The position numbers were made by a program, and so were the translations under genes. A stretch of 64,000 nucleotides of DNA from Eledone cirrhosa (Eukaryota). The notes under the pieces were generated by a model. That model was not told the origin of the DNA. It saw only the letters and a program-made list of their open reading frames with translations, and did no database searches. Location of the stretch: NCBI GenBank assembly GCA_964016885.1, contig OZ024741.1, forward strand, positions 196,540,001 through 196,604,000, in the 5' to 3' direction. The first letter of the stretch is position 1. The number at the start of each line of letters is the position of its first letter. This document shows positions 1 to 12,127 of this stretch, in pieces.

Positions 1-1900
1 TGTTGGGCTACTCATCATCAAGAAGGGTACCAGTTGATGAGGAGTGCACCAAATCAAGCCATCCACCGCTGTTGGACTGAGAAGCAGAGTGGAGGCAGGC
101 CAGGTGGTGTTGGTCCAAGCCAGACTCAATCCGCCTGATAGGAGACCTGCAATTGATGTCGTCCCAGTTACTGGAGATAGAGAGGCCTTTGCCTGTCCCA
201 TCTCGGAGACCAGGTCAGGTTCGGCCGTCTGGCTGAGAACCTGACTGACGAGAGCACAACTGGAGGAGATAGAGGAGAGGTAGGCTGGAAAAGCTAGATC
301 CAAAGCTGCTCGGAAGCCGAAGCCACCGAACCTTGCTGGGAGTTTCGCTTGTTGCCAGCCTGCGCTGTCGAAACTGGCATTGAAGATGAGTTCCACACAG
401 CGTCAAATGGTGCCTTGAAGTTCTCCAAGAACATCTGCGTGAGGGTGGCAAGTGCACCACGCAGCGTGAATGTGAATTTGGGGAGGGTGAAGCAATTCCT
501 CAAGAGGTTAAGTGACAATGAGGTGCAGCCCCTCTGCTAATCAGAACAAATCTGCATGCTTGGTCTCCAGGCATTCTCTTGCAAGACGTTACTCACTGAG
601 ATGGGGCGGACGGCTCTGTCATTCTTCATCATGGCGGTCAAGCTGGTTGAGAAGAAAAGATCATGGGCATGGCTGGGAAAGTTGGCGCGGAGGAGACAGT
701 TGGTGAGGGCTGTTGGTGACTGGAGCAGTTGGGCCCCTGCTTCCGCCATGTCAGATGAGATGAGGTCTCGGAAGTGACTGGGGTGCAAGCCATCTACTCT
801 GCCACTGCTGCTACCAGAAAAAGATCTTAGGGCAGCACCACGTCCTCGTTGGACGCTGCTGGGGAGAGATTGCTGGCAGGGGATGGAGCATCCCTGATGT
901 TGGTCAGAGCACATCGTCGCTTGAGGCCAGCACGCGAACAGCTGCCAAAACGTCACCCTCAATTAGTTAGAGTTTGACTCTGTCCCGGGATGTTTCATGC
1001 TGTCATAGGTGAATTGCGGGCGATGTGTTGGCACTGATGGGCAGCATGAGAGTGCCATGAGGCTCGCTGGAGAAGGGTCGCAAAAGGGGGCGAATTTGTC
1101 CTTGAGCCTGGAAGCCACGGAGGGGCCAGATTTGTCTCTCGCTGTCAGGTTCCCCACCAACGGGATCCCCAGTATGAGAGTAGCAAAACTGAACAGTCTT
1201 ATCCAGTCCTGTGGATCATCTGAGTCAAGCGCTCAGTCGGGAGTGCAGACAGACCTGGGGATCCTGGTGATGACTCTCTGTGATTGCCTGAGGCGGGAGA
1301 TCGCCACCAGACACTTGTCCAAGTCGAGTGGGTTCAGGTCTTCCGGAGTCGGGCGCTCCTGACCACCTGTGGTGTCAGGGTGGATAGGCATGATGGGCAG
1401 TGCCACAGGTGCAAGGAATCCAATGTGCGTCTTGTGAGTTTGACACAAGAGAGGTGGAAGAAGCTGTTGGAGCAGTTCCTTCCTCTCTTACGCCTGTTGC
1501 GCTTGGCGCACGAGTGGCACTGGTTAACCTCCTGTGGGGTGAAAGGTTGAGGAGAGGCAGGCATTGAGTTCAGGGGTGTGAGAGGTTAAACTTTCCATCA
1601 AATGGGTAAGCAGTAGAGATGCCTGGACTGCACAGAATAGGAGGTTGGGAGTGAGCTAGACGGAGGATTGTAAACTGTGTTTGGGGTAAATGTATGCATG
1701 ATGTTGATTTTGGGATGAATGTTGTGGGTGTCCAGGCACCCTAAGCAGCAAGTGCGATAACAGTGCAATAAAAAAAAAAAATTTGTAGAACAGTGAGTGA
1801 GTCACAAAGACGAAGGAGAGAGGATGTCGAAAATTGAAAAAGGAGACCTGGGATGCACCGAGACGAAGAAGTGCCGAGATGGATGCCATGTGTGTGCATA
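1..1900 (-). mobile_element. Decayed CRE-like non-LTR retrotransposon (PHD finger plus partial RT) in Arp2 intron 4
   Basis: Frameshifted PHD-like C..C...C..FHLSC...WHCPSC (~1560-1390). RT N-terminal motifs SGSSSGRVDGLHPSH and KNDRAVRPISV, post-RT LLRNCFTLPKF and WQQAKLPARFGGFGFRAALDLAFPA. The catalytic RT core is missing, implying a deletion near 530. Confidence 0.7.
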
Positions 1901-2327
1901 GACGATGTTCTTCTTTAAAAGTTTCGACAAAGTTTTGTCAGAATTAAATTTAAAGTTGTTCACAGCTTGGGTAATATTTCCTTTCTGTATGCTAAGTTGC
2001 TATCATAATATAATGAAATAATTTGAGTAAATCCCCCCCAAATTCTTCATTACTCTAATGAAATACATTATGTGGTAATAAAAGAGTTACAAAGTATCAG
2101 TAGAATTGAAGTATTTAGCAACATCTTGCATATAATTTGTAAGTCATTACTTTCACTTCAATAAAATTCAGATGAAAGTACATATATAAACACAAATGTT
2201 GATCTATAAAAACTAAATTAATAGTTCTAAAAATCATAGTCTTGTTCATTAGTTAAACATTAATGGTTGAATCAGTCACAAACAATACAGTAGTAGAAAA
2301 AAAAAAAGGAAAGGTAGAAATAGTTAC

Positions 2328-2400
2328 CTTGTGCATATAAGGTTAGAACAGCTTGGATTGCAATGTATACACTATGGAAATTATATTTTTCAAACATAAC
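2328..2400 (-). CDS. ACTR2: Arp2 coding exon 4 ([25 protein letters not shown]); the gene continues beyond the left edge of the window
   Basis: Within ORF 2272..2460. ATACAG acceptor and GTAACT donor, 73 nt, Arp2 signature [12 protein letters not shown]. Confidence 0.95.
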
Positions 2401-3288
2401 CTGTATATCAAAAAGAAAAATATATATATATATATTGGAAATGTAACACTTGTACAACAAAATTATGATTTAAGTTATCAAACAGAAACACAATACAACT
2501 AATAAATTTTGTGTATTCATATTTTACCCTCTTTGAAAACCATTTTTCAACTTAAGCAGAATAATTTGATGATCATTATCATTGTTGTTTTATGTCCATT
2601 TTCCATGTTGGCATGAGTTGAACAGGTTGTCACATTCTAAGATCAGATGATCACATCTTGCTCATATGTTTGATTTTGGCATGGGTTCTATAGCTGGATA
2701 CTCTCCTTAATGCCAACACCTTTACAGCATGTACTGGGTGCATTTTATCATGGCACTAACACTCGGGTGATTGTTGTCCTCGGTTGAACAGAGGGGGGAT
2801 GGGGAGATGAGAGTATATATATATATATATATATATAGTTATATTTTGGGAGGGTCATGCTGCCAATAAAAACACACTGCACCTGTTGGTTGGTTTAATA
2901 ACCAGATGGTTGTTTATTGTTAAAGCTTTTTCATCACACATTCTGTGACTTCCTCAGTAACTAATTTGCTATTTTGTGTCTCTTTTGTTGTCTTACACCA
3001 TTTTTTTTTTGCTTTGATTTTGTGACTGTGTGCACAGCACACAAAAACAAGATGGTGTAGGGCAGAACAAAGGCGAGACAAAATAAATTAGTCACTAAGG
3101 AGGTCACAATGTGTGACGAAAGAGCTTTGACAATAAACAAATAATTAACCAACTGGAAATTTGTAATAAATTGAAGTGAAAACCAAGTGGTGCATGTTTT
3201 TATTGGCAGCATGACCATCCCACAGTATAACAATATCTGTTTCAACACGTTTTCAGATAAATTTTGCAAAAGAAATACAAAAACGAAA

Positions 3289-3327
<39 letters not shown>

Positions 3328-3329
<2 letters not shown>

Positions 3330-3890
3330 TAGCCAAATTACCCGTGCCTTGCTGCGTTTCACACATTTTTTTTTGTAAGAAAATGATGATTGATTTTAAA
3401 TCAGTGATATAATCTATGGAGAAAAACTCTGCATTTCAATATTACTCAATGTAAAATCATCATCATCATCATCGTTTAATGTCCATCTTCCACGCTAGCA
3501 TGGGTTATGAAAAATTGAAAAACATTTTTTGTAATATATCAAATTAAAATTACATCATTAAATCTTATTCTTATTTTGTTTCTTGTAAATAATTTTTTTC
3601 AAAATATCAATTCAAAACTTTTGTAAATAGGCATCATATCTTGTCATTTACCTATGGTTTAAATTTCATATAAATTGAAGGGAAAAAATTTTCGGCGGAG
3701 GTTTTCAGCAGGGGTTTCTGCCCCCGGGGAACCTGTTGATTACAATGAAATATACTAATCCAAATAGCCTGGGCAATGTAGTTTCAGAATATATATGGTT
3801 ATGGGGGTCTATCTCCAAAACCATAGGAGGAGTTTGTGAACAAACAAACAAACAAAGAGACAGGAACTACAACTTTATATATATATATAT
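3328..3890 (+). mobile_element. Non-autonomous Helitron/Helentron-like element (Lep1/HINE-style) between (TA)n tracts
   Basis: 5' ACTAGC...ACCCGTGCCTTGCTGCG and 3' GGAGGAGTT-(ACAA)n-ACTTTATATA architecture. The family assignment is by pattern only. Confidence 0.45.
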
Positions 3891-4174
3891 ATACAAATAT
3901 ATTACACAAAAAGAAGTATGTTACACAGTGAGATGTGTATAAAGAATTATTACAAGTGATTTTTACCGTTACTGTATAGAAAACAATATCCACAGGTTTA
4001 GCAATTAAATAGAAAAAACCTAAATCAGAATCAAATCTCTGAAGTAGAGTTTTAAATTACCAACCTTATAACTATAAGTTTGCAGAGCTCAAGCCGTTTC
4101 GCCGGCTATTTCTAGACAGTCTAGAAATAGCCGTCGAAACGACTTGAGCTCTGCTGTCGGGGGTCATACTTTTT

Positions 4175-4224
<50 letters not shown>

Positions 4225-4305
4225 GACACACAATGTATGAAGCCAAATTTATTGTTTTTGAAGTGGAGAGAGAGAGTGTGTGTGTGTGTGTGTGTGCATG
4301 CGTGT

Positions 4306-4627
4306 TATATATATTGGTAAATGGAATAGAAGATGCTGACAAATTGTTCGCAGTGAAAAATAGTTTAATTAGGAATAAGTGATAATTAGTAATAGTATTG
4401 GTTAGTATTAAGTTTTGGTTTTAAGTTTTACTCTGATCAGAGCAAACATCACGGACGCTCTATCTCAAAATTATTTTTGAAAAGCATTAGAAATGCGCAA
4501 CCGGTAAAACTTAAAACCAAAACTTAATACTAACCAATACTATTACTAATTATCACTTATTCCTAATTAAACTATTTTTCACTGTGAACAATTTGTCAGC
4601 ATTTTCTATTCCGTTTACCAATATATA
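4306..4627. repeat. Long inverted repeat, ~125-bp arms (3 mismatches), ~72-nt spacer
   Basis: 4306-4431 is the reverse complement of 4504-4627. Confidence 0.95.
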
Positions 4628-4649
4628 ACTTGTGTGTTACACCTCTATT

Positions 4650-4696
<47 letters not shown>

Positions 4697-4750
4697 CGGC
4701 GATGAATTAGTTTTGCGAGGTTTTTTATATGAAATCGTGTGTCGAAACAG

Positions 4751-5058
4751 ATATTGTTATATTTGGGGAGGGTCATATTTGCGTAATATTGCCAGAATTA
4801 ATAACAGAACACACTCACTGTTTGGTTGGTTTTCGCTTCTCGCTGTCTTTTATATATATATATCTGCGATCTAACTTACTCGGTCCTCAATGTTGCCATT
4901 GACTGACCGGCGGTCAAAAATAATACAGATACAATATAGACAAACACTTATATATATAAAAGACAGCGAGAAGCGAAAACCAACCAAACAGTGAGTGTGT
5001 TCTGTTATTAATTCTGGCAATATTACGCAAATATGACCCTCCCCAAATATAACAATAT
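4751..5058. repeat. Perfect ~110-bp inverted repeat of a Penelope-like foldback family
   Basis: 4751-4862 is the reverse complement of 4949-5058. The same family forms the diverged foldbacks at 2838-3240 and 5670-5990. Confidence 0.93.
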
Positions 5059-6024
5059 ATATATATATATTTTAAGAAAGTGCTCAACAGCAGAAATGCT
5101 TTAAAGATAGCTTATAAATTCTTTTTCTGTCTTTTAAGGGTCTTCACTTTAGTTTATAAGCTATCTTAAAAGCATTTCTGTGCTTGAGCACTTTCTTTAT
5201 ATGGCTTTTATAGCTGAATCTGAAAGAGCTAGAGAAGAAATTTCAACATTGGAAACAGATATTAGTTGTGATGATATGATTTGTTTTATAGCATCACTTT
5301 CTTCTCTTTGATTTGATTCCTTTTTATTCTTGTTCGGTGTATTCGTTCTGTTCTTGTTTGTTGTATTGTTGACCCATACTAATTTCTTCTCTTATTGACT
5401 CTTTCTATATTATTCTAGATTGAATAAAAACATTTGATTTGGTACAAAATAATACAACAATTAGAATTTAGTTCATTTGACTTTGCTTCAACTCTTTGTT
5501 TGAAGATACAGTATATATAAAGGTAGCTTTAATTATTTAGTACCTCTGCTTACTGGTCTGCCGATAACTGGTCCAACCCTTGCTAGTAGGGAAAGCTGAG
5601 GTGTTGGTAAAATTGATGAAATATTTTAATTTGTGTTTATGTAGTTGTTTTGCAAGATTCTTGGTGTGAAACAGATATTGTCATATTTGTGGATGGTCAT
5701 TTTGCTAATAAAAACTTACGCACTATTTGACTTTTGCTTTTATTTTTTATTAGCTATTGGTTATTTTGTCAAAGCTCTTTTGTCACACATTCTGTGACCT
5801 CCCCAATGACTATTTGTTCTCTGTGTCTCCTCTTTCGAGACAAACAATAAACAGTCATTAAGGAGATTAAAAAATGTGTGATGGAAGAATTTTGACAAAA
5901 TAACCAATAACTAATAATAATATAGCTGAAGTGAAAGTCAAATAGTGTGTATGTTTTATTGGCAAAATAAATCATCCCCAATATAACATCCTAATTTGCA
6001 ATTAAAAAAAAAACTGTTTCTTAC

Positions 6025-6240
6025 CTCTACCATCTTCTCTCTGTTTTTTACTGGATTCATGGGAGGTTCTGTGAGTAGGATTTTGCTGTTGCTAGTATCA
6101 ATATTCATTTTATCTTGGCCAAATGTGTAATCATACACATGCAGCATATCTTCCCAGTTACGAACAATACCATTCTCCATTGGATATTTCACTTCAAGCA
6201 TTGAACGAAGAGCACTGGCTTCTTCTCCAACCATTAAGTC
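6025..6240 (-). CDS. ACTR2: Arp2 coding exon 3 ([29 protein letters not shown]...[15 protein letters not shown])
   Basis: Overlaps ORF 5956..6234. TTAACAG acceptor and GTAAGA donor, 216 nt, with Arp2-specific motifs. Confidence 0.97.
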
Positions 6241-6682
6241 CTGTTAAATGGAATAACAACAACTTCACTTAAAACTTTGGTTCAAACATTTGAATTTTTT
6301 AACAATTATTTATTTAATAGAGTTTCAATGCTCAAGAACATCATCATCTTACCTGATGATGACAGTGAGTGGTTTACTATAGATATTATAGGTCTACCTA
6401 TGCAGCCAAAGCATAACTGCTTATGAATTAGAATTTGCTAGATCAAAAATGTTTAATCTATTTCAATTTGCTGAACAGTCTTTTCCTTATTTCTGATCTA
6501 ACTTTGGTCGAAATAATATTAATCTGGCTACCTATTCTATGTATGTGATAGATAGCTAACTGCTTTTGTAAATCACCAGGTGGTTTAACAAAAAAATTAA
6601 AATAAAATTTGCAATATGATAATTAGATTAACTAAGAATATAACAACAATGACAAACAAGAATAAAGAAGACAACAACTTAC

Positions 6683-6793
6683 CTTGACTTCAATATTTCC
6701 TACTTTATTTGTGGCACGAATAATTGGGTGCCCAACTAATGATGGAAATATATGAGAGGGAAAATTGGAGCCAGCATAGCCACATTTAACGAA
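6683..6793 (-). CDS. ACTR2: Arp2 coding exon 2 ([37 protein letters not shown])
   Basis: TTTCAG acceptor and GTAAGT donor, 111 nt, phase 0. Near-identical to Arp2 residues 17-53. Confidence 0.96.
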
Positions 6794-6929
6794 CTGAAAT
6801 GTAAGAATATTTCAAATATTATTCAAGTACCTAGAAATAATAATTTTTTTCTAATGAAAAATGAGAAAACCTTCTACATTTATTTTTGTTTAGCACATTT
6901 TTCAAGTCAAATATATTGCCTTACTTGCA

Positions 6930-6967
<38 letters not shown>

Positions 6968-9820
6968 GTCATGGAAAATAAGATAAAGCAGTTTGTTGAA
7001 TATGTTCATGAAATAAAACTACCAAACTAATGTATCTTGGATTACAATTATATATTCTTAAAGTTTTTCTTATTTCAATAAGAGATTACTATTAACCCTT
7101 TCACTACCATGTTGCTAATGAAAGACGTTATTATTTACAAATAATTTAGAAAATAATCAAGAATATGACTGTTCTCCCCCTAATTCATGGGGGCAAAGTC
7201 CTCAAATATGCTTTCCATCAGGTCCTGTCAGAAGCAACCATCTCCAATTGATCTGGCTGGATCCCCAAGCGAAATCAGTCGAGCCCATGGATGTTATCCA
7301 ACCATGTTACTCGGACAGTTAGAGGGTCATAATATGTGCTCAACACTATCTTAAAGGAAATGTTGCAGTGGGTTCACAAACAACAGCTTAACAATGGTTA
7401 GAGACCACACATGTAAAAATGTCAACATATATAAAAAATACTTTGGAAATAAACATCAGGTTTTTCATGTTTGTAAAGTGGTTGGTGATAAGGCCATTCA
7501 GCCATAGAAATCTTGTCAAACAAAAGAGTTGGGACATGACAACCTCTCCTGTGGACTCGGTGGAGCATCGACCGACCATACATAAAGCGAGACACAGATC
7601 CCTGGCCTGCCGGAGAGATCAGTGACTCCGCTTCAGTACTGACTTGGTCTATGTAAATCCATCCAACCCTTGCTAGCAGGGAAAGCGGGCATTAAAATGA
7701 TGATGATAATTCACATGAATAATGCTTAACCAAAAGATAACATACAAACATGGGATCATCACGATTTCATCAAAATATTAATTCTTTTGTTACAATATGA
7801 TAAACACTGCCTATGATTTTTAAATAAGATTGAAAGCAATCAAAAATTTAGAAGGATCTAATAGTATAACTAACTTTCTCATCATTAAGCTGATTTTAAA
7901 GGTTGTTACATAAATTATGATGTAAAGTTTTTAGATAAATATAAACACTTTAAAATGAACAGTTTTGTCTAACAAAATTAGAGCAGGTTTTAGACAAAAG
8001 GGTTAAGGGTGTTGAAAGAAAATGTTAACGGCAAAATTCTAGCATAATGAATTGGTAGAAACTGATCATTTTAAAATGGTACTTTATAAATATTTTGTCT
8101 TTAAACATTTCCTTATCATATTACTAGTGAAATACTTCGTATTTTGAGTAATTAAAGAAGAATTTAGGAAATATTTACAACAATTATAATTTAAGATGAT
8201 ATTTGTAACATAAGATGTTCTTATATAAAATTATGTTGGATTGTTTGAGTAGGACTCCTTTAAAATGGGTGATTTTGTTTCATAGAAGCAGAGGGTAATT
8301 TGGATGGATTCATATCAAGAGTTAAAAAAATAAATTCAGTAATAAAATATTGTTAAAAAATGCATTAGAAAGACATTATCCCTACATAATGTGTAGGCAA
8401 TTAAAGTGGACAATAATGAAAATTGTGTTAATGATAACAAAACATTCCTTTCAACAGTTAATAGACAATTGAAATAGCTGCATAAATTAATTAGCCAATG
8501 GCTGTTAGTTAAGTGTATGGATATGAATATGGGACATGGAGAGATTAACAGCAACATTTTAGTTTTTTTCTTTTTTTTCTTTTAATTAAGAAGAATGGGA
8601 AATTGAGGAACAATTCCCATAAAGGGAACCACAATTAGATTCCATTCACAACTTAATTAGATACAAAGCCTTGAAATTGTAAATAAGAATAAAAAGGTTG
8701 TGGTATTTATGTCACATTCGAAAGTATTAGTATAGAAAGACTAACAGATAATTAATATAGACTACAGTATAATATAGACTACAGTATAATTAATATCAAT
8801 AATTTCTGCATTAAGTATTGTTTGCTCCACAAAATACATTAAACCTAATAAGAATATATCCCTTATAAATAAGTCATATTTGTAAATTCAACACAGAGTT
8901 CATTTAACCAAATCATTAGAATGCTAGTCTATTAACACAAATTGAATGTTTTTTTACAATGCTTTCCCATGACATACACATAAACCTGAAATGTTCACCT
9001 AGCTATACATATGTACTACATAGAGATACATTTCATTACTGTAAACAGTACGGCCATACCTCAATATGGTGCTTGGTACTTATTTTGTCTCACATTTCTT
9101 TATCCCCCCACCCCACCCCCGCATTTTAAACTGCTCATATTTTGAAAACAATCTTTAATACACCAATGATATATTATCTCTGATGCTAAACCTTTTAAAA
9201 GTACAACCAGACATTTTTTAGTTGAACATTAATAGATATTTATCTCAACATCTCTGAAGTTCTAATTTAATTATCAGAAAAAGAAAAAGGTTATTAAAAA
9301 ACGATCACCTTTGACATGTAGTACTTAAGCTAAACTGTGGTTTCTTTAATTAATATAATAATTATTTCTAAACAATATTATATTATTAACTAGATGGGTG
9401 TCATTTGAAAAAAAAAATCAAGTTGTTTATTAGCCAGTTACTGTAAACAATGAGATGTTGTAAGATCTGGTATGTGTGTATATGTGTGTGTATGTGTAGC
9501 AAAATTGTACATTAGCCAAGTTGTTATTGTATGAAACTATGAGTATTTTCATATTGTATGCATTGGTATATTAACATTCATTAATTCCAGCCCAAATGGC
9601 AAGGAACAATGGGCTGCTAGAACTCTCTCATTCAGCTGCTGAGTTTGGCTGTGGCTAATCCAGCCACTTCTGGCCAAGTCAGCTGACTGATGGCCTGTAA
9701 TGTCTATCATCTTTTACTCTCTCTCAATTCTATGCTCAGAGGACGCCATGCTTTCCAGCCTAGTTACGTCCCTTTACGATCTGAGTTCAAATCCCGCCGA
9801 GGTTGACTTTGCCTTTCATC

Positions 9821-10172
9821 CTTACGGGGTCGATAAAATAAAAGTACCAGTAATGCACTGGATAATTGCTGGCCTTGTGCCTAAAGTAGAAACAATTATT
9901 AATCTATCTCTGCTTTCTACAAAAAAAAACCTACAAACACACATTATGTAGTTTCTTACGGGGTCGATAAAATAAAGTACCAGTAATGTACTGGGTAATT
10001 GCTGGCCTTGTGCCAAAAGTAGAAACAATTATTAATCTATCTCTGCTTTCTACAAAAAAAAACCTACAAACACACATTATGTAGTTTCTTACGGGGTCAA
10101 TAAAATAAAGTACCAGTAATGTACTGGGTAATTGCTGGCCTTGTGCCAAAAGTAGAAACAATTATGTAGTTT
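9821..10172 (+). repeat. Tandem duplication, 133-bp period (SINE 3' half plus flank), about 2.6 copies
   Basis: CTTACGGGGTC starts at 9821, 9955 and 10088, and the units are near-identical. Confidence 0.92.
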
Positions 10173-10439
10173 ACAATTTTGCTTCATCAATTCGTCATGA
10201 TTCTCTTATTGCTAACCTTGTGGTTTCCACAAATTAACCAAAGATTTTAATGTAATTTCAAATCTAATATTCAACAAAATAAATAACTTATAAACAAACA
10301 GATGCATTCATTTATTCTGTTTACTTTTGTCAGCCTTTTCATTAAAACATAATGGGCATGGGGCATGGATGGATTGCAACATGAAATTTGGTGAATACTC
10401 AACATCTTACAGTTTTTGTGCAGCCTTCAAACCCCACAG

Positions 10440-11250
10440 TGGTGCCTAGCTCCATGCCTTGCCCTTCTCCACTGGCACGCAACTGGATAACGATAGCCTG
10501 CACATTGGCGTTTCCTTGAAGCTTGGCCTCCAGTTCTGTGAGCCACACAAATGTCGCTGTGGATCTACTGTGGACTCTTTCAGCCTCCACCCGCTTTCCT
10601 GTCGCCACAATGCCAGCCGCCTTCCACGCCATGCTGCCTTCAATAAGGTCATAAAGCATGGCTTGGACACTGCAGGCTTCCCTTCTAAACTCAAGCCAGT
10701 GGGGCTGGCCCGAGGGGACAGCAAAAGGCTAGATGGCATGACCATCTTCCTGTTCAGTGGTGGAAAACCCCTCGCCTGGGATGCCACTTGCAGCGACACT
10801 TTTTTCAGCCGCAACCTGGTGCAGTCTGCGACTAACCCAGGTTCTGCTGCACGTCGGGCTGAGGAGGCCAAATTCTCCAAGTACCGGTCGCTCTCCGACA
10901 GGTTCGCGGTCGTGCCCTTGGCAGTGGAGACTTCTGGTGTCCTTGGCCCTAGGGCTACCTCCCTACTCACCACCATAGGCACTGAGCTGGCCAGCCGCAG
11001 GTGTAAGCCTCGCTAGTTGCAATGGCTCTTCCAGCGCGTCTCCCTTACCACCCTCTTGGGAAACACCTTCTCCATTCTGTCCGCCGGGGCTGTGGGGAGG
11101 CCAGCACTTGGAACCCCATTTGCTCACCATATGGAGAGATGGGGAGGACGAGAGAGATGGAGGCAATGACAGTGGGAGTTCAGCTATTCTTTCATGTTTA
11201 CTTAGGTTACTATTTTCTATTGTATATAATAAATACTAAAACTAGATTCT
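10440..11250 (+). mobile_element. CRE-like non-LTR retrotransposon 3' fragment (CCHC knuckle plus restriction-like endonuclease)
   Basis: ORF 10459..11016 carries CRCG...H.LSC...RH, KRLDG, LAWDATC.DT, AEEAK.SKY and PLAVETSG, the C-terminal RLE motif set of CRE-type elements. Confidence 0.8.
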
Positions 11251-11346
11251 ATTATTCACCATATTTCTAATGAAATATACTGCCTATGACATCTTACATT
11301 AATTTTCAACATCACCAACATGTCTGCTAAATGCGTTATGTTTTAA

Positions 11347-11576
11347 CCCTTTCATTACTATATTTCTAATAAAAGATACTGCCAATGGTTTTCAAATAAT
11401 TTTTTTAAATAAACAAGAAATTGAAGGGATTTAGTAATATAACTCTCATTACTGAATGAATGCTTGGACTTAGGTTCTTAGATAAAATTATGATGGATGG
11501 TTTTTAAATAAACACTTTAAAATAAACAGTCGTGAATCATAGTTGGTGGTTTCAGGCACTTCTGATACCAAAAGGG
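11347..11576. mobile_element. piggyBac-like MITE (~230 bp)
   Basis: TTAA|CCCTTT ... AAAGGG|TTAT termini. Related copies at 7096-8002 (TTAA-CCCTTT...AAAGGG-TTAA, with nested insertions), ~8100-8325, ~50420-50640 and ~50872-51125. Confidence 0.62.
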
Positions 11577-12127
11577 TTATATGTAATATCAGCTGCAATA
11601 CACAAGTCAGGTTAAGTCAACTAAAAATCAACAGGAATGACAGTTGACTTGAATCATTTACAAGAACTTTTTGAATTATTTCTTGTCTAGACAATACAAA
11701 CATACTATATCAATTATCATAACAATGACACATGAAAGGACATCCTTCCTTAAATAAAAAAGAAGAGTCAGTTTTAGAAAGAAAAAAAATCATGTCAAAG
11801 CACTATTTAAAAATGTTTTCAACAATTGCTACGGTATATGAGGTTGAAATGGAAGCCTATTGTCATTTATATTATATAAAAATATATACAAGATATGAAA
11901 ATTCAACCTGAGAGGAATCTTTAGTCATATCAAGAACATGACAACCTCTTTAGTGCTTGAGCCATAATGAAATGCAGCCAGTACACTCTATAAAGAAACT
12001 GATATTAAGAACGACATCCAGCCAAAAAATGGAAAGTATGAGCAAGACATTATCAGAGTATGTCTTGTCTTGGACCTTAACCAACTGTCCAACCCATGCC
12101 AGTATGGAAAATAGATGTATGATGATA

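Noticed and set aside
6133-6135. Arp2 has Tyr (TAT) where many orthologues have Trp (HVYDY vs HLWDY)
   Set aside because: A-to-I editing would give Cys, not Trp, so this is most likely an ordinary conservative substitution.
6933-6965. 33-nt poly(A) run as a possible retrocopy tail
   Set aside because: No upstream processed-gene or SINE body and no TSD is evident, so it is treated as a simple homopolymer.
10399-10982. Long antisense ORFs over TE coding regions (also 28958..29578 and 24379..24848)
   Set aside because: Shadow ORFs on the strand opposite recognisable retrotransposon proteins.
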